From positions 248,001-312,000 of the forward strand of contig MU008192.1 in assembly GCA_010909165.1 (NCBI GenBank): a stretch of 64,000 nucleotides of DNA. Direction: 5' to 3'. The DNA is from Anthoceros angustus (taxonomy: Eukaryota > Plantae > Anthocerotophyta). The notes under the pieces are model-generated. The model saw only the letters and a program-made list of their open reading frames with translations. It made no database searches and was not told the origin of the DNA. Positions 13,669 to 27,036 of this stretch are shown piece after piece (positions within the stretch are counted from its first letter, which is position 1; every line of letters starts with the position of its first letter). A program made the translations under genes and the position numbers.

Positions 13669-14329
13669 CAAGGAGGAGATCCAATCTGCCTCAAGATCAA
13701 CCAGGCCCGGGTGCTAGGGCATCAAATGCAGAGCGGCTCCATCACTGGCGTGCCCTGGATTGCACTCGTGATGATCACATGCAAGCCGAACTGCGAAAGC
13801 CTTCAACTCGAATGGTGAGATTCTCTACCTAATGAAAGGAACCTTCGACTCCACCTCCTGTGAATTTCAACAATCACTGAAATTGCGTTCAACGTGCTTT
13901 CGGCCGGGGGCACTCCCGGAAGGTTTTATCACTACACACGCAACACGACACAATGTGGTTAGTGATTTAACAGAGAGAATCGAAGCACACCAGAAAAGCG
14001 TGGACAGGAAATACAGCAGTACTAACCATAGAATTTCTGCTGTTGGTGTTGACGTCCTGGATTTGAAGGAACAGATTTTGCATCTCGATTTTAAACTGCT
14101 AACCTTGCTAAAGCCTGAACTACTAACGCATCCAGTCCACAGGGGAACTGCATGTAGGCCTGTTAGCAAAACCAGCAAAGGTACTAAATTCGATAGCCCA
14201 AACTCTTGTCCTTCATGTTCTCGATGCCTATATGTGGGAGAGCGTAAATATAATCTTAAATCGATCCTCACGCATTACTACACAGAGATCGCAGACCTGC
14301 TAACCCTACCAATCCTTTGTAGAAAATAG
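13669..14329 (+). other. Upstream ORF in the Copia leader (duplicate at 11791-12400), unknown function
   Basis: ORFs 11791..12264 and 13599..14329 encode the same peptide (RWLARRRSNLP..LTERIEAHQKSVDRKY..CPSCSRC) between PBS and gag. Confidence 0.45.
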
Positions 14330-14481
14330 CTGCACAGGGCAGCCCACCTTAGATGTAAAAGCACATCTAAACTGTCACTCCACTTCAAAAGCCTTGTCTC
14401 TGACCTGCACAGGTTAGGTCAAACAAGCACAGTCAGCCATAAATCCTAACAGTTAGGAAGAACTAACAGAAGTTCTAAAAC

Positions 14482-17400
14482 ATGGCTGATCCTACTCCTG
14501 GGTTGAGTGATGGTGGTTTCAAAGAAAAGGATAGATTTGGGGGAGCAGACTATGACATCTGGGTCATTAGAATGCGAGGAGCATTACAAAACAAACAGTT
14601 GTGGAAATGGGCTAATGGTGAAGAGAAAATACTCGACATTATAGGCACGCCATCCATTGCTGAGAAAAAGTTCTTTGGATGCATTGGTCGATGAGGATAG
14701 AGCTGATGCATTCTTGGACTCTGGCTGACATGCTTAGGCAAACTTCTGGCTGCAAGAGCTCACACGACATCTGGTCAAGGCTACAGGATCTGTACGCAGG
14801 GACAGATGACACAACACAAATGACAGCTCTTCGTAACATTCAGACCTTGAAGATGAGGGAGGGTGACTCCATCGAAAAACATCTTGGAGTTTTCAGAACA
14901 CTGATATCTAAGCTTGAAAGTGCAACACAAGATACAGTGAAGGATAGTGCACTTATCTTGCACTTCATAATGACTCTCCCAGGCTCTTGGTCGCATTTTG
15001 TGACTTCGTATAACACTTCACAAATGCAAGGGCGAAAAATCGCTAAGGCTGCAGGTGTTGATCTCCCCAAAACCAAATTTTCAGAGTTTGTAGGAGCTCT
15101 ACTCCAGGAAGAAGCAACAAGAGGAACACTTGGCAAACAAGTTGGTAAGCAACAGGCCCTCTACACCACCAACAAGAACAAGGGCGGAAGGCCCAACTTC
15201 AAAGGCAAACAGAATGCCTCAGGTGGTGCTAGTAGCTCACAGCGAGCATCTTCACAAAAGAAAACACCCAAAAAGACTGGAAAGTGCCACTGGTGCCAAG
15301 TTCCAGGTCATTGGGAAAGCGAGTGCAGAAAGAAGCAGGCCGGAATACCTCGCAAGGAGGGCAATTCCACTTCTGAAACACACGTTGTTGTGAAGAAACA
15401 AGGCTCTCCTGCTGCCCTGACTGTAGGGACCAGGCAGTTTGTACGTCCTCTTGCTCATCCAACCTGCTTGTCAACAAATATTCAAGGTAAACCAGTTAGT
15501 GAGTGGTACCTTGACACTGGTGCAACAGCGCACATTTGTTTTGATAGGAATGCCTATGTCACATACAGACCAGTTAAAGGACAGTGCGTTTACCTGGGTG
15601 ACGATAGGTCCCTTATGTCTCCGGGAATAGGCACAGTTAAAATTCCTGTCCCTTCAGGGGTCACATTGATGCTAACAGATGTATACTATGTCCCTGAAAT
15701 GACTCGAAATCTCATCTCCGTTAGGAAGCTAAACATGGATAACAATAGCCACATCCTATTTACTCCAACAGAATGTAGAGTCATCGATGCATATGATCAT
15801 CGAAAAGTACTAGCTTATGGATCATCTGATCATGATCTATTTCGCTTGCACACAAATCTTGGTGTAGCCAAAGCCCATCTAGCTTCTCAGACTTCAGATG
15901 TGTCTGCACAAACAGTCGAGAAGGTCAAACTATGGCATGCACGCCTAGGTCACCCTCACAGTGCTAAGCTACAGAAGCTGGCTACAAGTGACCTATACTA
16001 TGATGGGAAAATTGGGCTACTACCATCCTTACCTTTGTGTGAAGCTTGTGTGCTTTCTAAGCGACACCAGGCAGCTTTCAAGAACAGAACTCCACATCGA
16101 GCTTCTGAGGTTCTTGAATTGGTACACACCGACATATGTGGGCCACTCTCACAGCCCTCTCTTGGAGGAGGTCGTTATTTCCTCACATTCACAGACGACA
16201 AAACAAGATTTGTCACTGCTTATATTCTGAAAGCTAAGAGTGAATGCTTTTACCATTTCAAGGATTACTTGAGATATGCAGAAAGATGGACTGGAAAACA
16301 ACTAAAGACTCTTCGCTCTGACAATGGGGGTGAATACACATCTAATGAGTTTCAAGCCTATTGTACAGCAGAAGGGATTGGGAGGCAACTTACAGTGGTT
16401 TACACGCCACAACAAAATGGTGTTGCAGAACGTTTGAATCTAACTCTTCAGGAGATGGTGTCTTCTCTGTTACATCACGCTACACGCCTTCCTATTGGAA
16501 AGCCCTTATGACATCTGCTCACCCTACAGGCATGCCAACTATTCTTGTCAGACGAGACGCCATATGAAGCTTTCTTCTGTCGAAAGCCTTCCATTCAACA
16601 CCTTCGCACCTTTGGTTGCATTGCTTATGCCTTCATCCCAAAGGAGAAACGCAAGAAGCTCTCTGCAAAATCCAAGAAGCTTCTTATGATTGGTTACACT
16701 GAGGGTATCAAGGCCTACAAGTTGTATGATGTTTCCTGTGGCCAAGTCAGCTATTCAAGAAGCGTTACCTTTGACGAAGGACGATTCTGGCAGCCAGTGG
16801 GAGTTACTCCCACATCTAAGGAGGACGCTCTCCCAGATGATCTTATACTTCCTGATGTCACTGTTTTTGAGGACTTCGCTCCTGAGGAGATTGCTCCTGC
16901 AGGGGGGGAAGGACAGCAACATGAGCAACAAGAACAGGACAATGAACAGGAAATTCTAGGAAATGCAGACGCAGAACTTGCAAATGAACCTGAAAATGTT
17001 GCTGATTTGCAGCAGCCACCTCCTCCAGTTAATGATCCATCGATGATGTCAAGGTTCACTGGCCGATGCCAAGCGGTGATTGATGATTCCACAACTGAGC
17101 AGATGGCGCAGAGCGTCATTCCTACTCAACGACGAGCTCCAGATTATTATAAGGCTCCAGATTTCAGACCCACCTCTTCACATGTTCAGATCAATTCTGC
17201 TATGTCAATTGATCCTTTAGAACCACAGACTCTTCAGGAAGCACTTAGCAGACCTGACCACAAGGAGTGGGAGAAGGCCATCCAATCCGAGTATGATTCC
17301 CTGATAGAAAATGGCACATGGGAGTTAGCTGAACTTCCACCTGGCAGAAAATTGGTGTCATGCAAATGGGTGTTCAAACTGAAAGTCAAGGCTGATGGTA

Positions 17401-18808
17401 CTTTTGATAGGTATAAGGCCAGACTTGTTGCAAGAGGTTTTTCCCAAGTACCTGGACTTGATTACTTTGAAACCTTTGCTCCAGTTGTGAAACATGCCAC
17501 CCTACGCACCATCTGTGCCCTGTCAGCATACAAGGACTATGAACTACAGATGTTCGATGTAAAAACAGCTTTTCTGAATGGCAAACTTGATACTGAAATT
17601 TACATGCAGCAACCTCCTGGCTATGAGGTTAAGGGCAAAGAAGCCTATGCCTGCAAGCTAATAAAATGTTTGTATGGACTTAAGCAGTCAGCATTAAAGT
17701 GGAATGTCGAGCTGGACACAGAATTGCTAGCTCTAGGATTCACTAAAAGCAAGGCTGATGGTAGTCTATACATCTATATTAGTGGAGAGGTCATTTGTTA
17801 CTTAGCTGTATACGTGGACGACCTCATACTCTCGAGTAATAGCCAGCCTTACATTGATAAGATCACGGATCTCCTGGCCACCAAGTTCAAAATGTCAAAC
17901 TTAGGCCCTCTTCAGAGTTGCCTAGGTATACATATTCAAAGGAACAGGCTTACCAAGGTCATCACTTTGACACAGCCGAGATACTTGCTTGATAGCGCTG
18001 AACAGTTTGGTCTGAAGGATGCAAAGGTAGCATCCACGCCCCTTCCAACAGGTCTGAAGCTCAGCAAGAGCATGGCACCTGTCACACAGAGTGAGAAGGA
18101 TCAGATGGCGAACGTGCCCTACAGACAAGCTGTCGGAAAGCTAATTTATGCAGCAAATTCAACCAGGCCAGAGGTGGCTTACTCGACAAGCGTGTTGTCA
18201 CAATATCTCGAAAATCCCGGACAGGAGCACTGGAGTTGTGTTAAGCGAGTGCTTAGATACCTAAAGGGAACAGCCAACAGAGGCATCAAGTATTCCAATT
18301 CAAATGGAAACCCTTTAGACTTGGAGGTTTACACTGATTCTGATTATGCAGGTGACATCGACTCTAGAAAATCAGTCTCAGGATATGTTGTATGTGTAGC
18401 AGGTGGACCGATCTGCTGGTCCAAGAAAACAGCCCATGCTATTCTATCACACGTGTCGAGCATGTGGTACTCACATCAGCGGCAAAAGAGGTCGTGTGGT
18501 GTAAGCTCTTGTTTTCAGAGTTGGGGATTCAGCTCCCTACCTGCACAATAATACACACAGACAACCAAGGATCCATGGCACTGGCAAAGAACCCAGTATT
18601 TCATTCGAGAACGAAACACGTGGAAGTAGAATACCACTATATCCGAGAATTGGTTGCAGCAGGAACAATAGGACTGGAGTACATTCCAACTCAAGAAAAT
18701 CCAGCGGATATTCTTACCAAGGCACTTGGACGTGAGTTACATGAGAAGCATGTCAAAAGTCTTGGGCTAGGAGAGTCAGCAGCTTTCCTAGCTGCTCCAG
18801 CAACCTAA
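14482..18808 (+). CDS. Copia gag-pol polyprotein (gag, zinc knuckle, protease, GAG-pre-integrase, integrase, RT, RNase H) with apparent frameshifts near 14680, 16490 and 18420
   Basis: CHWCQVPGHWESEC knuckle; WYLDTGATAH protease; LWHARLGH..CEAC; HTDICG, RSDNGGEY, QNGVAER; YVDD; TDSDYAGD; KHVEVEYHYIRE. Order PR-INT-RT-RH. Confidence 0.95.
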
Positions 18809-18809
18809 G

Positions 18810-19629
18810 CTAAGAAATGAAAACTGCCCACCCACTGCCCACTAGTAGCTGTAATTTTCACTCTCCTCGGAGGTTTCAGACACATCTTTGGGGTTGTCTG
18901 AATCGTAGAAGCTGCTGGAAGAGCTCGGGGTTGCATTATGCCCTGAAGACGGCGAGGACATGTAGTCCTCTGATGGGACATCGTCTTCTTCCAGCTTATA
19001 CACAGAACCTGTACAAGGAAATTACACAAGTTAGGAAAGCAGTGGGAGCACACATAGCAACAGGGGCAATTACTTAAACAGGGAACGACTTACGATATAT
19101 GCTCGTCACATGACCCTGGTTTTCATTTTCACGGACCTTAATGCGCTTCATCACTATGCAGGACATGTTGCATCTATACCACACAGGAGAGTTAGGCCTT
19201 GCAATTGTACCAAGCCCTATGATCTTGGTGTCCTTCTTCAGATTTCCCTTTGGAAAAACAGGAGGGAGGTCAGGCATCGTGGCGCCTTTCTCCCATTCAA
19301 GAACAGTCCGATCTTGGCAAAGGCTTGGAGTTGTTTAGCCGCCTCACCGGCATCCGGGTGGGCGAGCCAGGGGGCGTTAGAGTAGGGCGAGGTGGAGCCC
19401 CCATGGTCCTCCTCCCTAATTCAGCCCTGGCTGCAAGGGCAGCGTTTGTCGTTCCTCTTGGGCGGCCGGGTCCTCTACGTGTCGGAGCTGCTTCAGCAGC
19501 TGTTTCAGCCCTCCTCTGTGAGCTCGAGGCAGTTGTCCTAGGGGCGCAGCCCCTAGCCCTGGCAAATCTTCCTTGGGAATCCCTCACATAGCGGCGCGCA
19601 ACCTCCTTCTCCTCAGAAGAAGAAGACAT
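18810..19629 (-). other. Antisense accessory ORF(s) between pol and the 3' LTR
   Basis: MSSSSEEK..RDSQGRFAR..RRGPGRPRG (AT-hook-like), continued by ORFs 19074..19277 and 18805..19053. Conserved in the second Copia. Confidence 0.55.
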
Positions 19630-19891
19630 CTTGCTCAGCTTACTCTCCACGAACTCTGTGGCTATCATGCAGAGTGTGAAGAGAGCAAGGAGAAATGTAG
19701 CGCACCTGTATTCAACCGGCTTTTCTAGAGCACGCTCCATTAAGTACCGGATGGTGGAAGCTGGGGGGGTAGAGCAGCTGGAGGCGAGACACTTGCATTC
19801 CATAACTGGAGTGTTCATGAGCACGACAGTGAAGACTGAAGACTGAGGCGTACAAAGGAATTCACTATTTGATATGATCACCAAGTGGGAG

Positions 19892-20148
19892 TGTTAAGAT
19901 ATATTGTTGAGTCATATGTACGTGAATTAGGTATATATTAATATACCAAGTACACATTTATAGGGGTAGCTATAATAAATAGTTTAAGTACCCTTGGCTA
20001 GGGTTACAACCCTTGTGAAACGTTATGTCGCTTAAGTTCTAGTTTAAGTTGTCTTTTCAGCATAAGCACTCTTGGTTCTTTTTCTTGAACACAATGTAAT
20101 ATGTAATTGCTTAATTGTAATTGATCTATATCAAACCCATATTTTATA
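19892..20148 (+). repeat. 3' LTR (TG..TA ends)
   Basis: Follows the PPT; immediately followed by TSD CTGCC. Confidence 0.95.
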
Positions 20149-21123
20149 CTGCCATCGCATTCCCTTTTTTAACAACTCATACAGCACCTTGCAGGTGCTG
20201 CTCATGTTCCTTATGAACCGACGATAGTAGTTAACGAGTCCTAGAAACGCTCTCAGGGCAGCAACATCCCGTGGCCTAGGCATGAGATTGACAGCCTGCA
20301 CCTTTGCCAATTGTGGCAGCACACCGCCTGCTACAATTTTATGACCAAGATATTCTATCTCTCTATAAGCAAACTTGCACTTCTTTGGATGTGCCTTCAG
20401 TCCTGAGCTAGATAGCCTCTACAACAACGTTTCAAGGTGTTGAATATGCTCCTCCAAACTGTTGCTGAATACCAGAATATCATCGATATAACACCTCACG
20501 AATGGTAGCCCCTCTAACTCCAAGTCCGCTACTCGTTGAAAACAAATGGAAGCGTTCTTCAACCCAAACGGCATCGTCTCCCATTCCCATAACTACTCCT
20601 TGCCCCAGAAAGCCGTCTTGCACTTGTCTTCTTCCTCGATGACGATTTGATTGAAACCAAACCGAAAGTCCAACGTTGTAAAGTACTTGGCTTCTCCAAT
20701 CGCATCAAAGATTTCATCTGGGGTAGGCATCGGATATCGTTCCGTGGGCGTCACCTCATTCAGTGCTCGGTAATCTCCACACATCCGTCTGTCTTTCCAC
20801 TCACCATTCTCATCTTTCTTCAATGGCAGGACCGTGGCCGCAACATATTGCGAGCTTGATTCCCGAATTAATCCAGCTGCTGCAAGTTCCTTGCACCGTT
20901 TGTCCACGATGTCCCATTTTGTGGGGCTCAGCTTATGCCTTCTTCGGAACACCGGCTCGTTGGTGGTGGTAACGATCTTGAACTTGATGCGTTCATAACG
21001 TCCCAGCTCTTTCCAACTGAATGCGAAGGTGCCTCGATTCCTTTCCAACATATCTCGGATCCTTTGCTGATCCTCGCTGTCCAGATCTTCACATATCTGC
21101 CATATGTGAATCGATTGCTCATT
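20149..21123 (-). mobile_element. Ty3/Gypsy family A reverse transcriptase (continuation of 7680-11154 across the Copia insertion)
   Basis: RMCGDYRALN, YPMPTPDE, LDFRFGFNQI, KTAFW, LRAFLGLVNYYRRFI. Joins the 11154 side when the Copia and one TSD copy are removed. Confidence 0.92.
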
Positions 21124-24100
21124 CACTACTAGAACTTGCCATATGCTGTTACAATGTGTGTTACATATTTCTGTTACGGTGGACTGGGTTGTAACAGAAA
21201 TGGCTTTGGTTGTAGGATCGGGTTTAAGGTGTTGCAGTCATGTTGTAGTTGTATAACATGGATGTAACATACGATCGGGTCGCGATGGTTCCATTGCGGA
21301 GGCTTCCGTCGGCCGCACCCTTCAAATCGTATGGGGGCCGATTCGTGCAAGCCATTCGGCATATATATCCGCTGGATGTCGCACTAGTGACTCATATTGG
21401 TGAGTCCGGTTCAATGGGGTTTCACGATGATGGGCCGAGGTTCGCAAGGCACGCCTTCTTTTGGTATGCCGCTTGGAAATGCTAGAAAATAGCATGTCAA
21501 ATTCGTGAAGGTGACGGTTTCTCCACCAGTACAATCGGCCGATGATTGACATAGCTATGGATTGGCCACACGTATGTTTCCATTTGCAATCGCTTAGACG
21601 TGTGGCCTCCATGTCACTTGTTCCATGACCACCATGCTCGAATGTGTGAGGTCGCCCTTTCTTAGTGGGAAATGTGTGCTCTCTTCCGGCATTGTTTTCC
21701 ATCAACCATGGGAAGCGCGGATGGCTGAAGGCGGATCGTGATGTTCCACTATGCGGTCGCTCCCCGTGAGCAAGGCCAGAGCAATGCATGTGATTGGGCT
21801 GCCATGGCTGCTCCTCGCCTACCCGCGGAACGCCCACCGCAAATTGATGGCAATGGCTTGGTGATGGCACAAAATTCCTCGAACTTGCATATTTCGGCAA
21901 TGTTCCGCCACTGAGGCCTGGGAAATTTAGAACAATGTGCATACACCGCACCCGTTTTTATGCCATGGAGCACCAAATGACGTAACAAACAAAAGCGAGT
22001 GCGGCCGTGAAGAAGCGCTTGCGGTGGGGCAAGCGCGCGGTGTGCGGCCAAGGGCAAGCGGCCCGACATCGCCGACTATGGCGGGCGATGAGGTGGTGGT
22101 CAGCGACACCACGAACGGCCGTGGTTGTGGCGAACATGCAGCGATGGTCATGATCGTGGGGGCATGGTGGCATGGGTGACTCGGGGAAAGCAGGGGCAAC
22201 GAAGAACATGGTAGGGAGAGGCGTCGGTAAGTGAGTTGTACATGGGGCCGGTACACATCCAGGGAATGGCGGTGTCGTGGACATCAAAATGGTAGTGGCG
22301 CAGGATGGGCGGATGGACAATGGAGGCGGGGGGGCCGTGGGGTGACGACATGTGTGCAATGGTGCCAAAAGCGTTGCCCTCGGTGAGGCGGGAATGGGCG
22401 CGAGGCAAATGAGACATCATCACGGGGATCCAAGACCTCCAATGGAGACGGCGGGCGTCACGACATGGTGACGATGAGGAAGAGCAGGAGGTGGCGGAAG
22501 AGGATGGAGATGTGAGCAGCGCGTGCGAACTTTGTACCCGACACATACAGCGAGTCGGATCGAGAGCATGGACACCTGCAGTGAGGGCTCGAAAGGTGGC
22601 GCAACCTATGGAGGATGGAGGAGGCCTAAGAGGAAAGGAAGGGAATGCGGCAAGGCGGATGGGGAAGGAAGAGTTACAGTCGAGGCATGGCGGCCCAAGG
22701 AGCAGTGACAAACGCATGGAGGCGGGAAGTGGGCGGAAACAAAACAAAGAGAAGGCCGAGAAGGTAAGCACGCAAATTGCAACTCTGGCCGGTGTGCTTC
22801 TGACCAAGGGCCATGGGAATGGCATGTGGTCATCTGTTCTTCGAAATCCCGAAGCAGGTGGAATCGCGGGCTGACGGAAGGAAAAACCAGGCTTGAGGAA
22901 GGGAAGGGCAAAATCGGTAGCAGTGTGGGAGGTGCAGTTTCCAGCTGCGCATACGAGGAGTAGGCCTTCACAAGCGAGCAGGCGGGGCAGGAGAATACCA
23001 CAACCCCAAATTCACCCCTCCGAGGAGGGAGCCCGGTCGCGGATGGAGATTGCGGTTCATTCCTCCGCGGCGAGCACGGTACAGCGGATGCGGATGAGAT
23101 TCATCCCCGGGAGGAGGGCCAATTTTGGATGTGGATGCGGCAAAGAACCGTGGAAGGTGACGTGGTTTCTCCAATTGTGTACAATGTCACCATCTCGGTC
23201 ACGATATATGGATTGGCCACACGATGTTTCCATTTGCAATCGCTTAGACGCGGTGGCCTCCATGTCACTTGTTCCATGACCATATACGAATGTGTGAGGT
23301 CGCCCTTTCTTAGTGGGAAATGTGCCTCTTCGCATTGTTTTCCATCAACCATGGAACGGGGCGCGGATGGCGGGCGATCGTGATGTTCCACTATGCACGC
23401 TCCCCGTGAGCAAGGCCGGAGCAATGCATGTGAGGCTGCCATGGCTGCCTCGCCCACCCGCAACGCTGGCCGCCCAATTCGCAAATTGATGGCAATGGCT
23501 TGGTGATGGCACAAAATTCCTCGAACTTGCATATTTCGGCAATGTAGATGCCATGCTGAGCCTGGCCGAAATTTAGACAAGAGAACAATGTGCACCGCAC
23601 CCGCTTTTTGTATGCCATGGAGCACCAAATGATGTAACAAAACAGGGTGCGACCGAGAGAAGGAAACAGGGGCAAACGCATGAGCGTGCGGGCAGCCAGG
23701 GCAAGGATCGACATCGCCGACTATGGCGAGGGCGATGAGGTGGTGGTCAGCGACACCACGAACGGCCGTGGTTGTGGCGTAACATAGCAAAGGTCATGAT
23801 CGAGGGTGGCCGTGGGGTGACTCGGGAAAACGGGGCAACGAAGAACATGGTAGGGAGAGGGGCCACCGTAAGTGAGTTGTACATGGGGCCGTACACATCC
23901 GTGGAATGGCGATGCGCCGGACATCAAGGCCGGTAGTGGCGCAACAGATGGGCAGGTGATGGACAATGGAGGGCGCAGGGGGACCGGGGTGACGACATGT
24001 GCGCAATGGTGCCAAAACGTTGCTCGCCGCGTGGAATGGAGGCGCGAGATGTAATGAGACATCTCACGGGGATCCAACAGCCTCCAATGGATGATCGACG

Positions 24101-27036
24101 GCCACACGACATGGTGACGATGAGGAAGAGCACAGGAGGTGGCGGAAGAGGATGGAGATGTGAACGCGCCTGTCAACTTTGTACCCGACATACCGCCGAG
24201 CCGATGCCGAGAGCATGGACCGCATGGGGGCTCAAAAGGTGACGCAACCTATGGAGGATGGAGGAGGCCTAAGAGGAAAGGAAGGGAATGCCCGCAAGGC
24301 GTATGGGGAAGGAAGAGTTACAGGCCGAGGGGCGGGAACGTGACAAGCACGCAATCGAGGTGAAGTGGGCGGAAACAAAACAAAGAGAAGGCCGAGAAGG
24401 TAAGCTCGCAAATTGCAACCGCACTCGCCACCGCTTTGTGCTAGCCAAGGGCCATGGGAATGGCATGTGGTCATATGTTCTGCAAATCCTGTGAAATGTG
24501 GAATCGCGAGGAAAGACGGAAGGAAAACCCAGACCGCTTGAGGAAGGGAAGGGCAAAATCGGTAACGTGTGGAGGTGCATGCCACCGCACGACGAGGAGT
24601 AGGCCTTCACAAACGAACGGGCGGGCAACAGAGAATGCCAACCACAACCCCAAATTCACCCCTCCAGGAGGGAGCCAGAGGTCGCGGATGGAGATTGCGG
24701 TTCATTCCTCCCGCGATTTAGTGAGCACGGACACCGCGATGCGGATGCCGGTAGATTCATCCCGCTACCGAGGGAGGACGCCAATGATGTGGATGCGCAA
24801 AGAACCGCATGTTATCTCGAGGGTGCACGAAACTACGCCTTCGTTGTTCTTGTGGACAAGGGTTTCCAAAACAAGTACCCTTATACGGGACGCCCACAAG
24901 GGCACGAAATACGAGTGACGTGAAAGGCACCGCAAATAGGGTGGAAACAAACGCGTGAAATTTGCAGTGCACCGTATTGCAAAACGGAGTGACAACACGA
25001 TATACCACTTGTACGTGTACTTAATTTGAAAAGGCATCGATATGTAAATTTGAGTAATGACATCGGGCAATACGCACTGGAAGCCAAGGCATATTATATA
25101 CTTATAGTCCGTACACGATAACAATAAAGGCAGGGAAAACAAAGGAATGAAAGCAATAATGGCAAACCCACATGGGAAGGAGGTTCGTACCAAGCCTCGC
25201 AAAATCAGAATAAAAGAGGGTGTAACACTTTGGTTGTTGCAAATATGTTGAAATTTTGAAAGGGCCAAATACCGCCTCACTACATGCAACAAAATTGCAA
25301 CAAGATCAGAACGCGATTGTAACAAGATGGAGGTTGGTTACCAAGCCGTAAATAAGGGCCAAATATGTAACAAGACCCCAAGATTTTAACATAATTGCAA
25401 CAAGGGGGTTCAAATCTTAACAAAAGTGTAACATAGGGAGAGGGGCGCAGTAAGTGAGTTGTACATGGGGCTGTACACATCCAGTGGAATGGCGTGATGC
25501 AATGACATCAAGGTAGTGGCGCAACAGATGGGCGGTGATGGACAATGGAGCAGGGGACCGTGGGTGACGACATGTGTGCAATGGTGCCAAAAACGCTGAT
25601 TCTCGCCGGTGGAATGGAGGCGCGAGATGTAAATGAGACATCTCACGGGATCCAGCAGCCTCCAATGGACAGATCGACGGCGTGCCACATGGTGACGATG
25701 AGGAAGAGCATGGAGGTGGCGGAAGAGGATGGAGATGTGAACGCGCCTGCCGAACTTTGTACCATACATACCGCCGAGCCGATGCCGAGAGCATGGACCG
25801 CATGGGCTCCAAAAGGTGACGCAACCTATGGAGGATGGAGGAGGCCTAAGAGGAAAGGAAGGGAATGCCCGCAAGGCGTATGGGGAAGGAAGAGTTACAC
25901 GAGTGGCGGCCCAAGGAACGTGACAAGCAATCGGAGGCGTGGAAGTGGGCGGAAACAAAACAAAGAGAAGGCCGAGAAGGTAAGCTCGCAAATTGCAACC
26001 GCACTCGCCACCGCTTTGTGCTTACAGCCAAGGGCCATGGGAATGGCATGTGGTCATATGTTCTGCAAATCCTGTGAAACAGTGGAATCGCTGAGTCGCA
26101 AAGACGGAAGGAAAACCAGCAGACGCTTGAGGAAGGGAAGGGCAACCTAATCGGTGGGAGGTACGCTTCAGCACGACGAGGAGTAGGCCTTCACAAACGA
26201 ACGGGCGGGCAACAGAGAATGCCAACCACAACCCCAAATTCACCCCTCCCGCGAGGAGGGAGCAGCAGAGGTCGCGGATGGAGATTGCGGTTCATTCCTC
26301 CGCACGAGCAGGGACACGGATGCGGATGCCGGTAGATTCATCCCGCTACCGAGGGAGGACGCTTTTGATGTGGATGCAAAGAACCGCATGTTATCCGTAG
26401 GGTGCAAACTACGCCTTCGTTGTTCTTGTAGACCGGGTTTCCAAAACAAGTACCCTTATACGGGACGCCCACAAGGGCACGAAATACGAGTGACGTGAAA
26501 GGCACCGCAGCTAATAGGGTGGAAACAACGCAGAAATTTGCAGCCGCATCAGACAAAACGGAGTGCACAACACGGATACCACTTGTACGTGTACTTAATT
26601 TGAAAAGGCATCGATATAAATTTGAGTAATGACATCGGGCAATACGCACTGGAAGCCAAGGCATATTATATACTTATAGTCCGTACACGACAATAAAGGC
26701 AGGGGAAAAACAAAGGAATGAAAGCAATAATGGCAAACCCACATGGGAAGGAGGTTCGTACCAAGCCTCGCAAAATCAGAATAAAAGAGGGTGTAACACT
26801 TTGGTTGTTGCAAATATGTTGAAATTTTGAAAGGGCCAAATACCGCCTCACTACCGCAACAAAATTGCAACAAGACTGTAACGCGATTGTAACAAGATGG
26901 AGGGTTGGTTACCAAGCTCGACCGTAATAAGGGGCCAAATAAGTGTAACAAGACCCCAAGATTTCAACATAATTGCAACAAGTGGGGGTTCAAATCTTAA
27001 CAAAAAGTGTAACATAGGCGGCCTTTTCTAGTAGGG
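21124..27036. mobile_element. Non-autonomous CACTA-like DNA transposon with internal tandem repeats of about 1.6 kb
   Basis: Left end CACTACTAGAA (21124-21134); right end TTCTAGTAGGG (27026-27036, 1 mismatch). Subterminal TGTTAC(A) clusters at the left end and TGTAACA clusters at the right. The 3-bp TSD does not match (ATT vs CTA), and no transposase was seen. Confidence 0.6.

Larger units (their letters stand above)
11155..20148 (+). mobile_element. Complete young Ty1/Copia LTR retrotransposon inserted into Gypsy pol
   Basis: LTRs 11155-11409 and 19892-20148 differ by 1 substitution and 2 homopolymer indels. TSD CTGCC at 11150-11154 and 20149-20153; PBS TGGTATCAGAGC at 11410; PPT AAGTGGGAG at 19883-19891. 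Confidence 0.96.

Noticed and set aside
11155-20148. Natural three-LTR or tandem Copia element
   Set aside because: The middle LTR is preceded by a copy of the external Gypsy flank, so it arose by duplication across the insertion junction or by misassembly, not by retrotransposition.
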